From Piromyces finnis finn (Eukaryota > Fungi > Neocallimastigomycota): 64,000 bases of DNA. Numbering within the stretch: the stretch's first letter is position 1; the number at the start of each line of letters is the position of its first letter. Below the pieces are notes generated by a model, which had not been told where the DNA came from, did no database searches, and saw only the letters and a program-made list of their open reading frames with translations. Positions 47,750-59,057 of the stretch are shown here, piece by piece. The stretch lies in NCBI GenBank assembly GCA_002104945.1, contig MCFH01000027.1, positions 124,001-188,000 on the forward strand, given 5' to 3'. The position numbers and the translations under genes are program-made.

Positions 47750-48040
47750 GAGTAGCCTACCTTGTGGAACTATTTATGGTGTAACTTCTGTCAGTGTAAC
47801 ATTAATTTTGTGTTACCCTACTTTGTGAAATTCTAAATAAATTTTGTGAAACACTACTTTGTGGAACTATAATTGTGGAATTTTTACCTACTTGTGGAAC
47901 ACTACCTTGTGAAATCCTTCCTTCGTGGAATTCTTTTGAACGAATCTCGTGGAACTTTGCTTGTGGAACTTCTACTCTGTGAAACTTTCCTTTTTATATT
48001 GGAATTGGAATAAGTGTAACTCTACTGTATGGAACAATGA
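47750..48040 (+). repeat. Imperfect short tandem repeats (CTAC)CTTGTG(G/A)AA in the D leader
   Basis: More than ten variants of TTGTGGAAC / TTGTGAAA seen directly. Confidence 0.8.
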
Positions 48041-48154
48041 AATCTTTATATATAAAATCTATCTGTAATACTAATAGAAATATATTTATGAAATACTCTT
48101 GTTTTTAAATTGATGAAACTCTTTTAAAATTAAATTTAATTATAATATACTATA

Positions 48155-49657
48155 AAAAGAACTCGCTCGACACCGTTTGATAGGATAGAGTCTGAGCGAC
48201 ATCTTTTATACATAGTATATTATAAATTAAATTGGATATATACAATTAAAAGAGTAAATTAAATCAAAAAATTAATTGCAAAGTAAGAAAATTAAAACTT
48301 ATTTAAAAAGAAAGAAAATTAAGAAAAAGTTAATAAAATTTTAAAATTATTTAAATATATTGAGAAATAAGTGAATTAGTATGTTGATTTCACTTATTTG
48401 AATGAATTATTAATTGTTATTTTGAAATGAACTTATTATATACTTAAAAGACCTCGCTCGACACCGTTTGATAGGATAGAGTCTGAGCGACATCTTTTAA
48501 ACATGGTATATAATAATTATAGAATTATTTAAAATATATTGTATGAAAATTAAAATTTTGATATTTATTAATTAAAATGAAATTGAGAAATAAGTGAATT
48601 AAAATGTAAATATCACTTATTGGAAAAAGTTATTTTATTGAAATATATTTATTATATATTATAAAAGACCTCGCTCGACACCTTTTGATAGGATAGAGTC
48701 TGAGCGACATCTTTTAGACGTAGTATATAATAATTTTAGATTTATTTAAAATACATTGAGAAATATGAAAATTAAAATTTTGATATTTATTAATTAAAAG
48801 TAGTTGAGGAATAAGTTATCTTATTGAAATAAATTTATTATATACTATAAAAGACCTCGCTCGACACCTTTTGATAGGATAGAGTCTGAGCGACATCTTT
48901 AGATATTGTATATAATAAATTAAATTGAATATATAATTAAAACAAATTAAAATTTGATTATATAATAAGTAAATTTGAAATGAATTTATTATATACTTAA
49001 AAGACCTCGCTCGACACCTTTTGATAGGATAGAGTCTGAGCGACATCTTTTAGATATAGTATATAATAAATTAAAATTAAGAAATGAATTAAAATTTTAC
49101 AATAAAAGTAAAAGTAATAAATGTGTAAAGTTAGTTAAATAAATAAATTATTCTTTATTATAATAAGATTTCGATGACACCTTTTTAGAGGACAGAGTCA
49201 GATCGACATCTTTTTGGGAAATAGTATATAATAAATTAAATTGAAAATACTATAAATTAATTTAACTTGAAAATTTGAAATATATAATTTTATTTAATGA
49301 AGTTAGAAAATGATTTGATATTTAAAATCACTTTTAAAATAATTTAACTTCATACTAAATAAAGAACTCGACGACACCTTTTCTTTAAAGGATAGAGTCA
49401 GGTCGACTTCTTTAATATGAAGATACAATATAAATTCGATTAACTAACTAAATAAATAAAATATATTCAAGGATTATATATTATTAATTAAATTAGATAA
49501 ATACAATTAAGAAGTTTATTAAATAATATATTAAAATATTATGAAGTAATACGAAAACGAGCTTAAAAAAAAATAATTTAATTTCATTGTAATAACATGT
49601 TTTATACTTTATAAAGAATTCGCTGACACCAGTTGATAGGATGGAGTTGACTTCTTT
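48155..49657 (+). repeat. Array of 8 conserved ~50-nt hairpin motifs separated by AT-rich spacers
   Basis: Copies at 48155-48207, 48446-48498, 48663-48715, 48849-48900, 48999-49051, 49165-49212, 49361-49413 and 49613-49657 (degenerate). Main consensus AAAAGACCTCGCTCGACACCTTTTGATAGGATAGAGTCTGAGCGACATCTTTT. Confidence 0.95.
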
Positions 49658-50219
49658 TATATAAATGTGTATTTTATATAACTGAATATTTGACTAAATA
49701 GAAAATTCTTAATAATTAGAATATAAATTTAAAGCATTTTTAATTTGATTTGAATTTATCAACAAAAGTCAATACAAATTTAGTTATTTAAAAAGTTATA
49801 CATTTATTAAAAAAAAAAAAAAAAAAAAAATTAATTTTATATTTCGTAAATTAAGATAATTTGAATGTAATAGTTTATTAAATAATTCATTAAACAAATG
49901 ATTAAGATTAATAATTAAAATAATTTGAATTCAATATGAGGAGGTTTTACAAATTTAGTTGTTAAATCAATTATGTTTTTTATAATTAATAAATTAAAAT
50001 AAATTAATTAAATAAAGAATTTCTTATAATTGTAGAATAAATTCACAAATTTAATTTGATTTGAATTTATTATAAAGAAGTTATTGTATATCTAGTTAAT
50101 AAGTTTATATTTTTATTAAGAAGTAAGTTTTATATTTAAAAGATTCAAATAACTTGAATAAATTAATATAGTAGCTTTGATTGAATAATTATAAAGTTAA
50201 ATAAATATATAATAAGAAA

Positions 50220-52080
50220 TGAGTGTAATATTTTTTTATTCTTAATAATATGATGGTAGTGAAATCAGAGCTAGAAAATTAATCTATTCTGGATCTGTTC
50301 TTAATTTCATTTAGTATTGTAGAATTAGAAATAGCTATAATAGAAATTAATGAGGAATAGTTTTAGTAATAGTAACAATTTGATAATATAATAGTTAGTA
50401 TTAATAATAATTAAAAAAAAAATAGAATTAATAAATACAACAAATGAAAAAAAAAATATAATAAAATGTAATAAATAGAATAAATTAATAAATAGAATAA
50501 GTTAATAAATATGATAAATGTAATAAATATAATGAATAAAACAAATATAAATTAATGTAATATGTATAATAATTATAAGAGTTTTTAATAAATGAATAGT
50601 TTTTATGTACTTAATAAAACGAACTTTATAAAGGAAAAAAAAAAAAAAAAAAAAAGATTTTAATCTTTATACAATTCTTTTTAATGGAAGTATAATGAGA
50701 TTGATAACTAAAATTACTATATATTGATTGTAGGAAATTAAATGATATAATTATTGAAATTCATATATTCCTTTAATCAATAAATAAGATAAATGGAGTA
50801 AAATATGTTTTTAAACTAAATTTAAATATATCAATAGCTTAGTAATAATTAAATAAGGTGATGAATTTAAAATTGCTTTAATCTTTATATGGCATTTTTA
50901 ATTTATTATCATACCTTTTATTCAAAAATGTATCAGCTCTATTTTAATATTTTAAGTGATGCTTTTGATGAAGTATTTTAATTACTTTATAATTAATAAT
51001 ATTTAGTACAACATTATGTATATGTTTATATCAATTCTGTGATGTTTTATTGATGATATTTAAATTTATGAATTCATTGTTAAATTTTTAAAAAAAGAAA
51101 TAATTTTATAATACCATATATTGATAAATTATAAAATAAAAGAGAATTATAAATATGCTAAAAGTATTTTAAAAATGTCTAAAAATGATAAATTTGTTAA
51201 TTAAATTATAGTATTTACTTGATGACTTGATACCACTTTTGTTTATTTAATAATAAGATTAAAAAAAAATAGTGGTATAGTTAATATAATTATTGAATGA
51301 TGTTTTTCCATTATTATTAATGAATGTTAATTTTTTTACAAATATTTTATTACTAAGAATTTTGTTATATTTATTTGCTTAATAATAACCTTTAAAAAAA
51401 AAAAAAAGTTCCACTTGGTTTAAAGTTTGTACAATAATAAAAAACATTTAATACTCTTTAAATGCTATTTTCTTTATAATTTTAGAATTGTCTGTTTGAT
51501 ATATTTTATATAAATTTTATCACAGACTTTTCATTTAAATGAGAGGGTGAACGAGATATTGTTCCAATATCTCCGTTGGTTAATAAAATCGAATTGATTG
51601 TTATATTGGAATCTACTTATAATATTTTATTGTAATCAATCAATCAATTTCAATTTTATACAAACTATGGATTTAATTTAAAATTTAATATTGAAATTTC
51701 TTCAGCTAATAAACCAAAGAAAGTTGAACAGATTACTATAAGTATTAATAAAAAGTATTAAAATTGTAAAATAGAATTTTAATCATGCATAAGAAGATTA
51801 TAAAAGTCATGATGATCAAGAAGAATTGAATTTGAAACTTAAGTAAATGTTTTGTTTTGAATACTTAAATAAAAATGTTAATAGAAAACAATTTATAAAT
51901 AACCATAATCTGAATATAAAAACAAATGGATTCTTGATGATTAAGTTTTAGATAAATTATTAGAATTATGTATAAGTAACAAGAATGATAATAAGAGTAT
52001 AAATAAATTAAATACTTATATATTTTTTTAACAATGTTATGATTTAGAAAAAGTAGTAACCATTTGTTATTTAAATTTCT
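50220..52080 (+). pseudogene. Heavily eroded pol remnants inside D
   Basis: RARKLIYSGSVLNFI (~50270-50312; B has [15 protein letters not shown]), DCRKLND / GDEFKIA RT remnants (~50730-50900), and GAGAGGGTGAACGAGATATTG..CAATATCTCCGTTG (~51541-51580), which matches B integrase ERVNGILEQYLR. Confidence 0.7.
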
Positions 52081-54426
52081 TCAAGAAAATAATCTCGCAG
52101 GAGCTCGACTTAAAGGGCGAGATTGTAAAGATATAATATATATCTTTAGATTATTTAATAATTAATTATTAATTATTAAATAATAAATTAATATTTAGTA
52201 AAACTGATTATAAAATTTTTGAGTAAATTTTATGGAATAATTTAATAATAAATTATTTTATAATAATTCCGTTAAATTTAAATTAAGATAAATATTTAAG
52301 TTTAAGGAATAAAAGAATTTTAATTAAATTTAAATATTTCAAATATTTTAAATAATTAAAATATTTTTCAAATACTTTTTATTTAATTTTAGAATAGATT
52401 ATACTTTTTTATTTAAATTTAGAATAGTTTAATAATTTTAACTTAGTTTTAAAAATAGATTTATTTATATTTCAATAGGAAATATATTAAGAATAGTATT
52501 GATAATATTAAATTAATTTATAGAAAATACATGGGCTTTATTCAATTTTGAGTTTACTCAAATTGAATTAAAAGTATAATGAATTAGTTTAGTTTAGTTC
52601 TGTTATTTTATTATTTAATTAAATTAGTTTTGTTTATTTTATATTAAATATATGTTTATTTAAATAGAATAATATATTAGAATATAATTATGAAAAAATA
52701 TAAATACATGTAATTTTTATTTGTTAAATCGATGTAATTGTTATTTTCAATTTTTTAATTATTAACTATTATATAGCTAATAATATTTTTAAGAGTTTAA
52801 ATAAAATGTTTTCTTAAAATAAAAATTTAATGTTTTATTTTTTTATTTTTGTGTTAATAAAAATTGTTTTGTTTTAAGTATGAAATCTGTTTTAAATTTT
52901 ATACTTTTACAATTTCTTAATGATAAAAATTCTTCGTCCCCTCCGATTAGGAATATTAATAAAGTTAAAATTGATAAAGAAGGATTTTTACTTTATGATA
53001 ATTTAATTTATGTTCCTTCTTCACTAAGAACTAGGGTCTTGGAATTACATCATGATTCTATTTCTGCTGGTCACTTTGGTGTTAATAAAACTATTGAATT
53101 AATTAGTAGAAATTTTTGGTGGCCAAAGTTTAGTTATGATGTTAAAAAGTTTATAAAGTCTTGTGAAACTTGTTGTAAAGCTAAAGTTCCAAGACATAAA
53201 CCATATGGTTTGCTTTCTCCTCTTTCCACACCTAATAGAGCTTGGTCGGAATTGTCAATGGATTTTATTGTCGAGCTTCCTAAATCCAAAGACATGACTA
53301 CCATTATGGTTATAGTAGATAGGTTAACAAAAATGGCTCATTTTATTCCTTTAAGATGTTTGCCTACTGCTTCTATAGCAGCTGATGTTTTTGTTAACAA
53401 TATCTTTAAATTACATGGTTTTCCTGATTCCATCATTTCTGATCGAGGTACTCAATTTACCTCAGACTTTTGGAATCGTTTATGTAATTTGTTAAATATT
53501 AAACTTGCTTTTTCTACTGCAAACCATCCTGAAACTGATGGTCAAACGGAGAGGGTAAACGGGATATTGGAACAATATCTCCGTTGTTTTATTAACGAAA
53601 AACAGAATAATTGGGTTGACTTGTTACCTTTTGCTGAATTTGCTTATAACAATACTTTACAGCAATCAATCAACCAATCTCCGTTTTTCGCTAATTATGG
53701 GTTCAATCCAAAATTTAACCCTGAAATCCCTTCAGCGAATAGACCAAATAGAGCTGAACAAAGAATTTTGGATATTACTGAAAACATTAAATTTTTAAAA
53801 GTAAATCTTGATCAAGCAAAAGAAACCTACAAAAAGTATGCTGATCAAAAGAGAATGGAATCCCCAGATTTCGAAGTTGGTAAAAAAGTTTGGTTATTAA
53901 AAGGTATTAATCCTTCAAATAAAAATATCAAAAGAAAACTTGCTGATCAAATGCTTGGACCTTTTGAAATAATCAAGAAGGTAAGCCCTTTAGCATTTGA
54001 ATTAAAACTACCAAACAATTTACGTTGCCACCCTGTTTTTCATGTTTCGTTATTAGAACCTTATAACGAAAATGAATTTGTAAATAGATCAGTAATGAAT
54101 AAAAGAAAAAATGTTAAGTTAACTACTGATACTATTGATAGGATTCCTGATAAGATTATTCAAGAAAGAAATTATCATGGAAAGAAATCTTTCTTGATGA
54201 CATGGAAAAATCTTGACGAAAATACTTGGATCCCGGAAGATCAAATTACAGATGTACAATTGATCCAAGAATTTTATAGAAAAAATAAAAAGTCTAGAAA
54301 AGAAAGTCAAGATCAAGTCTATACAAGGAATAACAATGGTATGATCAAACATAGATATCAACCATTTGTAATTGATATTCCTTCAAAGAAATGATCTCGC
54401 AGGAGCTCGACTTTAAAGGGCGAGAT

Positions 54427-55150
54427 TGTAAAGATATAATATATATCTTTAAATTATTTAATAATTAATTAATAATTATTAAATAATAATTTTGATATTT
54501 TTAATGAAAAATTATTTATAAAATTTATTATATAAATTTTAAGGAATAATTAAATAAATATTAATTTTAAAATATCAAAATTGGAAATGAAATTTGGATA
54601 AATATTTAAATTAATGGATAATTAAATTTAAATATTTTAAATATTCAAATTAAATCTTAAAAAGTTCTTATTTAATTAAAAATAGTTTAATAACTTTAGC
54701 GTAGTTTTAAATTAGTATTTTTTAATAGTAAATATATAATAAATAGTATTATTAATATTTAATTAATATATAGGTAATACATGGACTGTATTCAATTTGT
54801 AGTTTACTCAAATTGAATCAAAAGTGTATTTAATTAGTTTTAGTTTAGTTTTATTATTTTATTATTTAATTAAATTAGTATTAAATTAGTTTTGTTTATT
54901 TTATATTGAATATATGTATAATTAAATAGAATAGTATATTAAAATATAATTTGTAAAAAATATAAATACATGTAAAATTTCATAGTTAAACGATGTAATT
55001 GTTATTGACTATAGTTTAGTTAATAACTAAATAAGAATAAATAAAAGAGGATATAAATAAATTTTGTTTTGTTTTTAATTTTTTATTTTTAGTGTTTTTG
55101 TTTTATTGTAAAAAATTTTATAATCTGTTTTAAATTTTAAAATTTTTACA
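54427..55150 (+). repeat. Element B 3' LTR
   Basis: Direct repeat of 41849-42572. Confidence 0.95.
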
Positions 55151-55155
55151 ATAGT

Positions 55156-55419
55156 ATTACTGAACTTGAAGGATTAGCTGCTTTTTACTGTGTGTGTAAA
55201 TTCAAACCATTTATAACTGGCAACAATCTTGAAACATTGTTGTATACTGATCATAAACCTTTGGTCTATATTTTTAATAGTAAAGAACCCTCATCAAGTC
55301 GTCATGTTAAATGGATAATAGAGTTCAGCATTTTGAAGGTTAAAGTCTTATATGAAGAGGGGAGGAAGAATGTTATAGCTGATGCTTTATCAAGACTTCA
55401 AAGTAAATCAGGAAATGAA

Positions 55420-55480
<61 letters not shown>

Positions 55481-57084
55481 TAAATGAAAAATATGATAGC
55501 AGAAAAATCAATAATATAAAGGATATAATGGAAGAAAATATAATTAAAAATAAGAAAGAAGAATGTTCATTATTTATAAATGATAATACAGCAAATAATA
55601 ATAATATAAATAATGATTTATTTAATAATACTAATATTCCAGATAATAAACTTGGAAAAAATTATGTTAATAATTATAATATTAATTATGATAAAAATAA
55701 CAAACTGAATGATATGATATTAATTGGAAATTATAATGAAAATTGTAAAACAGATTTTGATTATATAAATAATGGAAATGATAATAATATAGAAAGTGAT
55801 AATAATAGTGATATTTGTAAAGACAATAATAATGTTATGATAAATATTAATGAGAATAACAACAAAAGAAATATGAATGATAATTATCTATATTCAAATA
55901 CGAATAATAATAGAAATATGCTAAACAATTTTATTGAAGATTTTATAACTAAAAGATTTGTATACATTGATGGAGTTCAATATTATAAACAAAATGATTT
56001 ATTAAGAAAAGTTATTACAAATAGTGATGAAAAATGGAAACTAATTAATGAAGCTCACTCTATTGGTCATGAAGGAACATACAAGACATATCACAGACTA
56101 AGAAGAGATTATTTTTGGAAAGGTATGACAAAGGATATTAAATTATTTATTAAATGTTGTCATAAATGTCAAACACGTAAACCGCAACCAACTAATATGT
56201 ATCCGGAAGATTTAGCAACTCCTCCAGGTTTACCATTTAGTAGAGTTGGTTTAGATTTAATAGGTCCGTTATATACCACTGCTAGAGGAAATAAATATAT
56301 AATCGTATTGGTAGATTATTTAACCAAATGGGTAGAAGCAGAACCTTTAATGAAAACGGAATCTGAGGATGTAATAAGATTCCTTACTAATGTATTTTCA
56401 AGACATGGTATACCAGAAGTATTAATTACAGATAATGGACCACAATTCATATCTGATAAAACAAAAGCTTTTCTAGATTTACATGATGTATATGTTCATT
56501 ATATTAGTACCTATCATCCAGCCTCAAATGGAGAAGTTGAAAATAGAAATAGAGAAATATCAAAATACTTACGATTATTAGGAAAGAAAAATAAAGATTA
56601 GGATGAAACACTACCTAGTGCATTATGGGCCCTTAGAACTGCAAAAAACGAAGTTACAAAATTTAGTAGTTTTGAACTCCTATACGGAAGAAGAGACCTC
56701 CAACCATTTGAACTTAGTATCAATGTTGATAAAAGGTTAAAAGAAGAAAATGAAGAAGAATATTATATTAGGAAATTTATAAATCATAACCAATGGATTA
56801 AAGAAGCAATAAATAATATTGAAACAGCTAATGAGCTATGGAAAGATAGAAGAAGACAAATCAAAAGACTACGTAGTGAATTTAAGCCTGGTGATTTAGT
56901 TCTAATTAGAAATTTTAATAGAAAAAAATTAGATCCTTATTATCTTGGACCTCTAAAAATTGTAAAACAACAACTTAATACTGTAACAGTATGCGATCCA
57001 ATTACAAATGATATTGCAGAAAGAAATATTCATTTAAAGAATGTAATTCCCTATATTAGTAGTTTTATTGAAATGAAACATTAA
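55156..57084 (+). pseudogene. Element A Pol, 3' part (end of RNase H, integrase)
   Basis: ITELEGLAA, YTDHKPL, NVIADALSR, HHCC, GLDLIGP, TDNGPQF, HPASNGEVE. TAG at 56599-56601 in KD*DETLPSALWALRT, with the frame continuing to TAA at 57082-57084. No chromodomain. Confidence 0.88.
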
Positions 57085-57137
57085 TGAAAAATACGACGAC
57101 TTCAAGGGACGAAGTCTTATTTAAAGTGGGGGCCTCC

Positions 57138-57897
57138 TGATACAAGATGCATAGAAAAATATAATATTTTAAATATTTTATGAATAATATCTAATCCTTT
57201 TATAAATTGTATATCAATTACTAATGATAATAATAATTAAACTATATTAGTATAGATTATTATGACGCAAATGTTACACATACATTAGAATAATTAGTTA
57301 CACAAGAAAGGAAAAGATATAAAAGAGTGTGTTAAAGCAGAAGATATCAAGAGAGAGAACTTTTCATTTATAAATAATATTTGATATTTTAGTTTTAAGT
57401 ATTAGTTTTATTTTATTTTATTTTTATATTAATAGTTTTAGTTTAAGTTAGTTTTAGGTTAATAATTACGTATTTAGTATTTATTATATTTCCTTCAATT
57501 TAAATATTAGTTATAAAAGAAAAGAATATTTATTGTTTATTTTTACTATTTCAGAAAAGTTATATTTTATCATTAATAATACTTTCATCAACATATTTTT
57601 ATATTTACACATTATATTTAACTATTTATATTTATTCAATAATAACTTTCGATCCTATTAGTATTGAATGTTATTAATGTTATAATCATAATAATAATAA
57701 TAATTAAATAAAGAATCTTTAAACCAAAATCTATTTAATTATATTATTATAAAATTTATTATTTTTATTATTTATTTTTATTATTATAAAATAGAAATAA
57801 ATACAATATTAACTAATATATTATTCATATATCATTCCCTATTGCTAACGTTCATAATTATATTTTATTTATGGTGTTTTTGAAATATATTGCATCA
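57138..57897 (+). repeat. Element A 3' LTR
   Basis: Direct repeat of 36056-36815. Confidence 0.93.
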
Positions 57898-58984
57898 TTT
57901 TTGTTAAGGAATGAACATAAATAGTTGAATTAGCTAGAATTTTAGGAATTAATTGTCACGAATACTAGTGAAATTACAATTTCAAGATCACTTGGAATTG
58001 TGAAATCACTTATGAAAATTCAAAATCAACAAATATTTTATTTTCAAATAAATTATAAAATTTTATTAAGAAATATTTAAAAATTTAGAAAAGGTTAAAA
58101 TATGACCTTAACCCTTAATAATTTTTATAATAAATAACTTTAACCCTTATCGTTAAAATGGAATAAGAAAAAACACGCGTATCTCCTCAACGAATGACGA
58201 TTTTTGAATAAAAATATTTTGGTTATAATTACGTTCGTTAGAAAGCCACGCTCGAGACAAACAACATATCTTAAAATCAGGTCAATATCTCTGCTGGTTC
58301 ACGAGATATTCCAATTTAAAGATATTTTGTTAGCAATGATTAATTGTTTATTCAGAGAATGATCACCCCTGATATATCAAACATAAATCATTCACTCAAA
58401 GTATAAAAAATTATTGTTTAATTAAATTAAAATTATTTTCCGGAACTAATTAACTTTATTTTATAATAATTATTTCAATAACATAATTTATAATCTTTGA
58501 ACTAGAAGATTATAATTATTAATATTATATTCAATGAATTATATTATAATTAAGAAATAATTAATATTATAAATATATAAACAATAGTTATTTTTAATAA
58601 TTAGTAGTAAGTCTTAAGTTTAGCCTTAGTATTATAAAATATATTATGAATATAATCATGTACTAAAAAGTTATTTTAGTATTAAATGTAAAATTACAAA
58701 TAGTATAAATAGTTTAGAATAGTTTTATGAATTAAATCTTTGTAAAGATTATTATCTTATTAATACTTAATAAGTATTACTATTAAATAATCTTATTATT
58801 ATATATATTCTTTAAATAAAATAAAAAGGAATTATTTTAACTATAATACATAATTTAATTATTCATTTATAAATCAATTAAGATTATTTTAATAAAACAT
58901 TTTTTTTCTAACCTAGTTATCTTTTAACCTTTTATTTAATTTAATATTTTAATATTAAATTATAAGTTTAGTAAAACTTTTACA

Positions 58985-58995
58985 ATAATCTTTAC
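58985..58995 (+). promoter_or_regulatory. Self-priming PBS of E
   Basis: ATAATCTTTAC is the exact reverse complement of GTAAAGATTAT at 58742-58752. Confidence 0.75.
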
Positions 58996-59057
58996 CGCGT
59001 TTTTTACCATAACTACCTTAGGAAAAAACTTAATTTAAAAATTTAAAAAAAAAAAAA

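Larger units (their letters stand above)
46824..52911 (+). mobile_element. Non-autonomous LTR element D, related to B
   Basis: 788-bp LTRs at 46824-47611 and 52124-52911, apparently identical and homologous to B's LTRs. TSD ATTTC at 46819-46823 and 52912-52916. Same PBS (ATAACAATTAC) and the same pre-LTR end as B. No long ORF; decayed PR, RT and IN remnants. Confidence 0.93.
43000..54394 (+). pseudogene. Element B single Gag-PR-RT-RH-IN-chromodomain ORF, split by insertions C and D
   Basis: Segments 43000-45135, 45572-46823 and 52917-54394 join in frame with no stops (about 1620 codons). [38 protein letters not shown] zinc finger, DDE core, GPF, chromodomain-like IPDKIIQER...FLMTWKNLDENTWIPEDQI. 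Confidence 0.93.
41849..55150 (+). mobile_element. Chromovirus (Tf1-like Ty3/gypsy) element B inserted in the RNase H of A
   Basis: 724-bp LTRs TGTAAAG..TTTACA at 41849-42572 and 54427-55150. TSD ATAGT at 41844-41848 and 55151-55155. A's frame resumes in register (NYS|ITELEGLAA). Confidence 0.96.
36056..57897 (+). mobile_element. Ty3/gypsy element A (about 8.5 kb once nested B is removed)
   Basis: 760-bp LTRs TGAT..ATCA at 36056-36815 and 57138-57897, apparently identical. PBS, gag-PR-RT-RH-IN order, and PPT-like AAAGTGGGGG at ~57123-57132. No matching TSD (CATTT vs TTTTT). Confidence 0.93.

Noticed and set aside
48816-49046. 76-aa ORF with a repeated MSLRLYPIKRCRARS peptide
   Set aside because: It is the antisense reading of two identical hairpin units. 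The frame is not preserved between the other copies.
48155-49657. CRISPR array (palindromic repeats with spacers)
   Set aside because: The spacers are about 100-240 bp, variable, and homologous to each other (shared AGTATATAATAAATT, TGAGAAATAAG and GAAATGAATTTATTATATAC blocks), so they arose by tandem duplication. There are no cas genes and the context is a eukaryotic LTR element.
48155-49657. Hammerhead ribozyme / retrozyme
   Set aside because: Neither strand has the CUGANGA plus GAAA core. The motif also lacks recognisable twister, pistol or HDV cores. An unknown ribozyme is not excluded.
52880-52916. MKSVLNFILLQF as the start of an independent integrase gene
   Set aside because: These codons come from D's 3' LTR and the TSD. 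The integrase is the continuation of B's ORF. The same applies to the N-termini of ORFs 45497 and 55192.
39659-56601. RIP-like CpA-to-TpA mutagenesis inferred from nonsense codons (putative TGG>TAG, CAA>TAA)
   Set aside because: Most transition-derived stops fall in this context anyway. B and E ORFs are clean and LTR pairs are unmutated. A consensus-based mutation spectrum would be needed.
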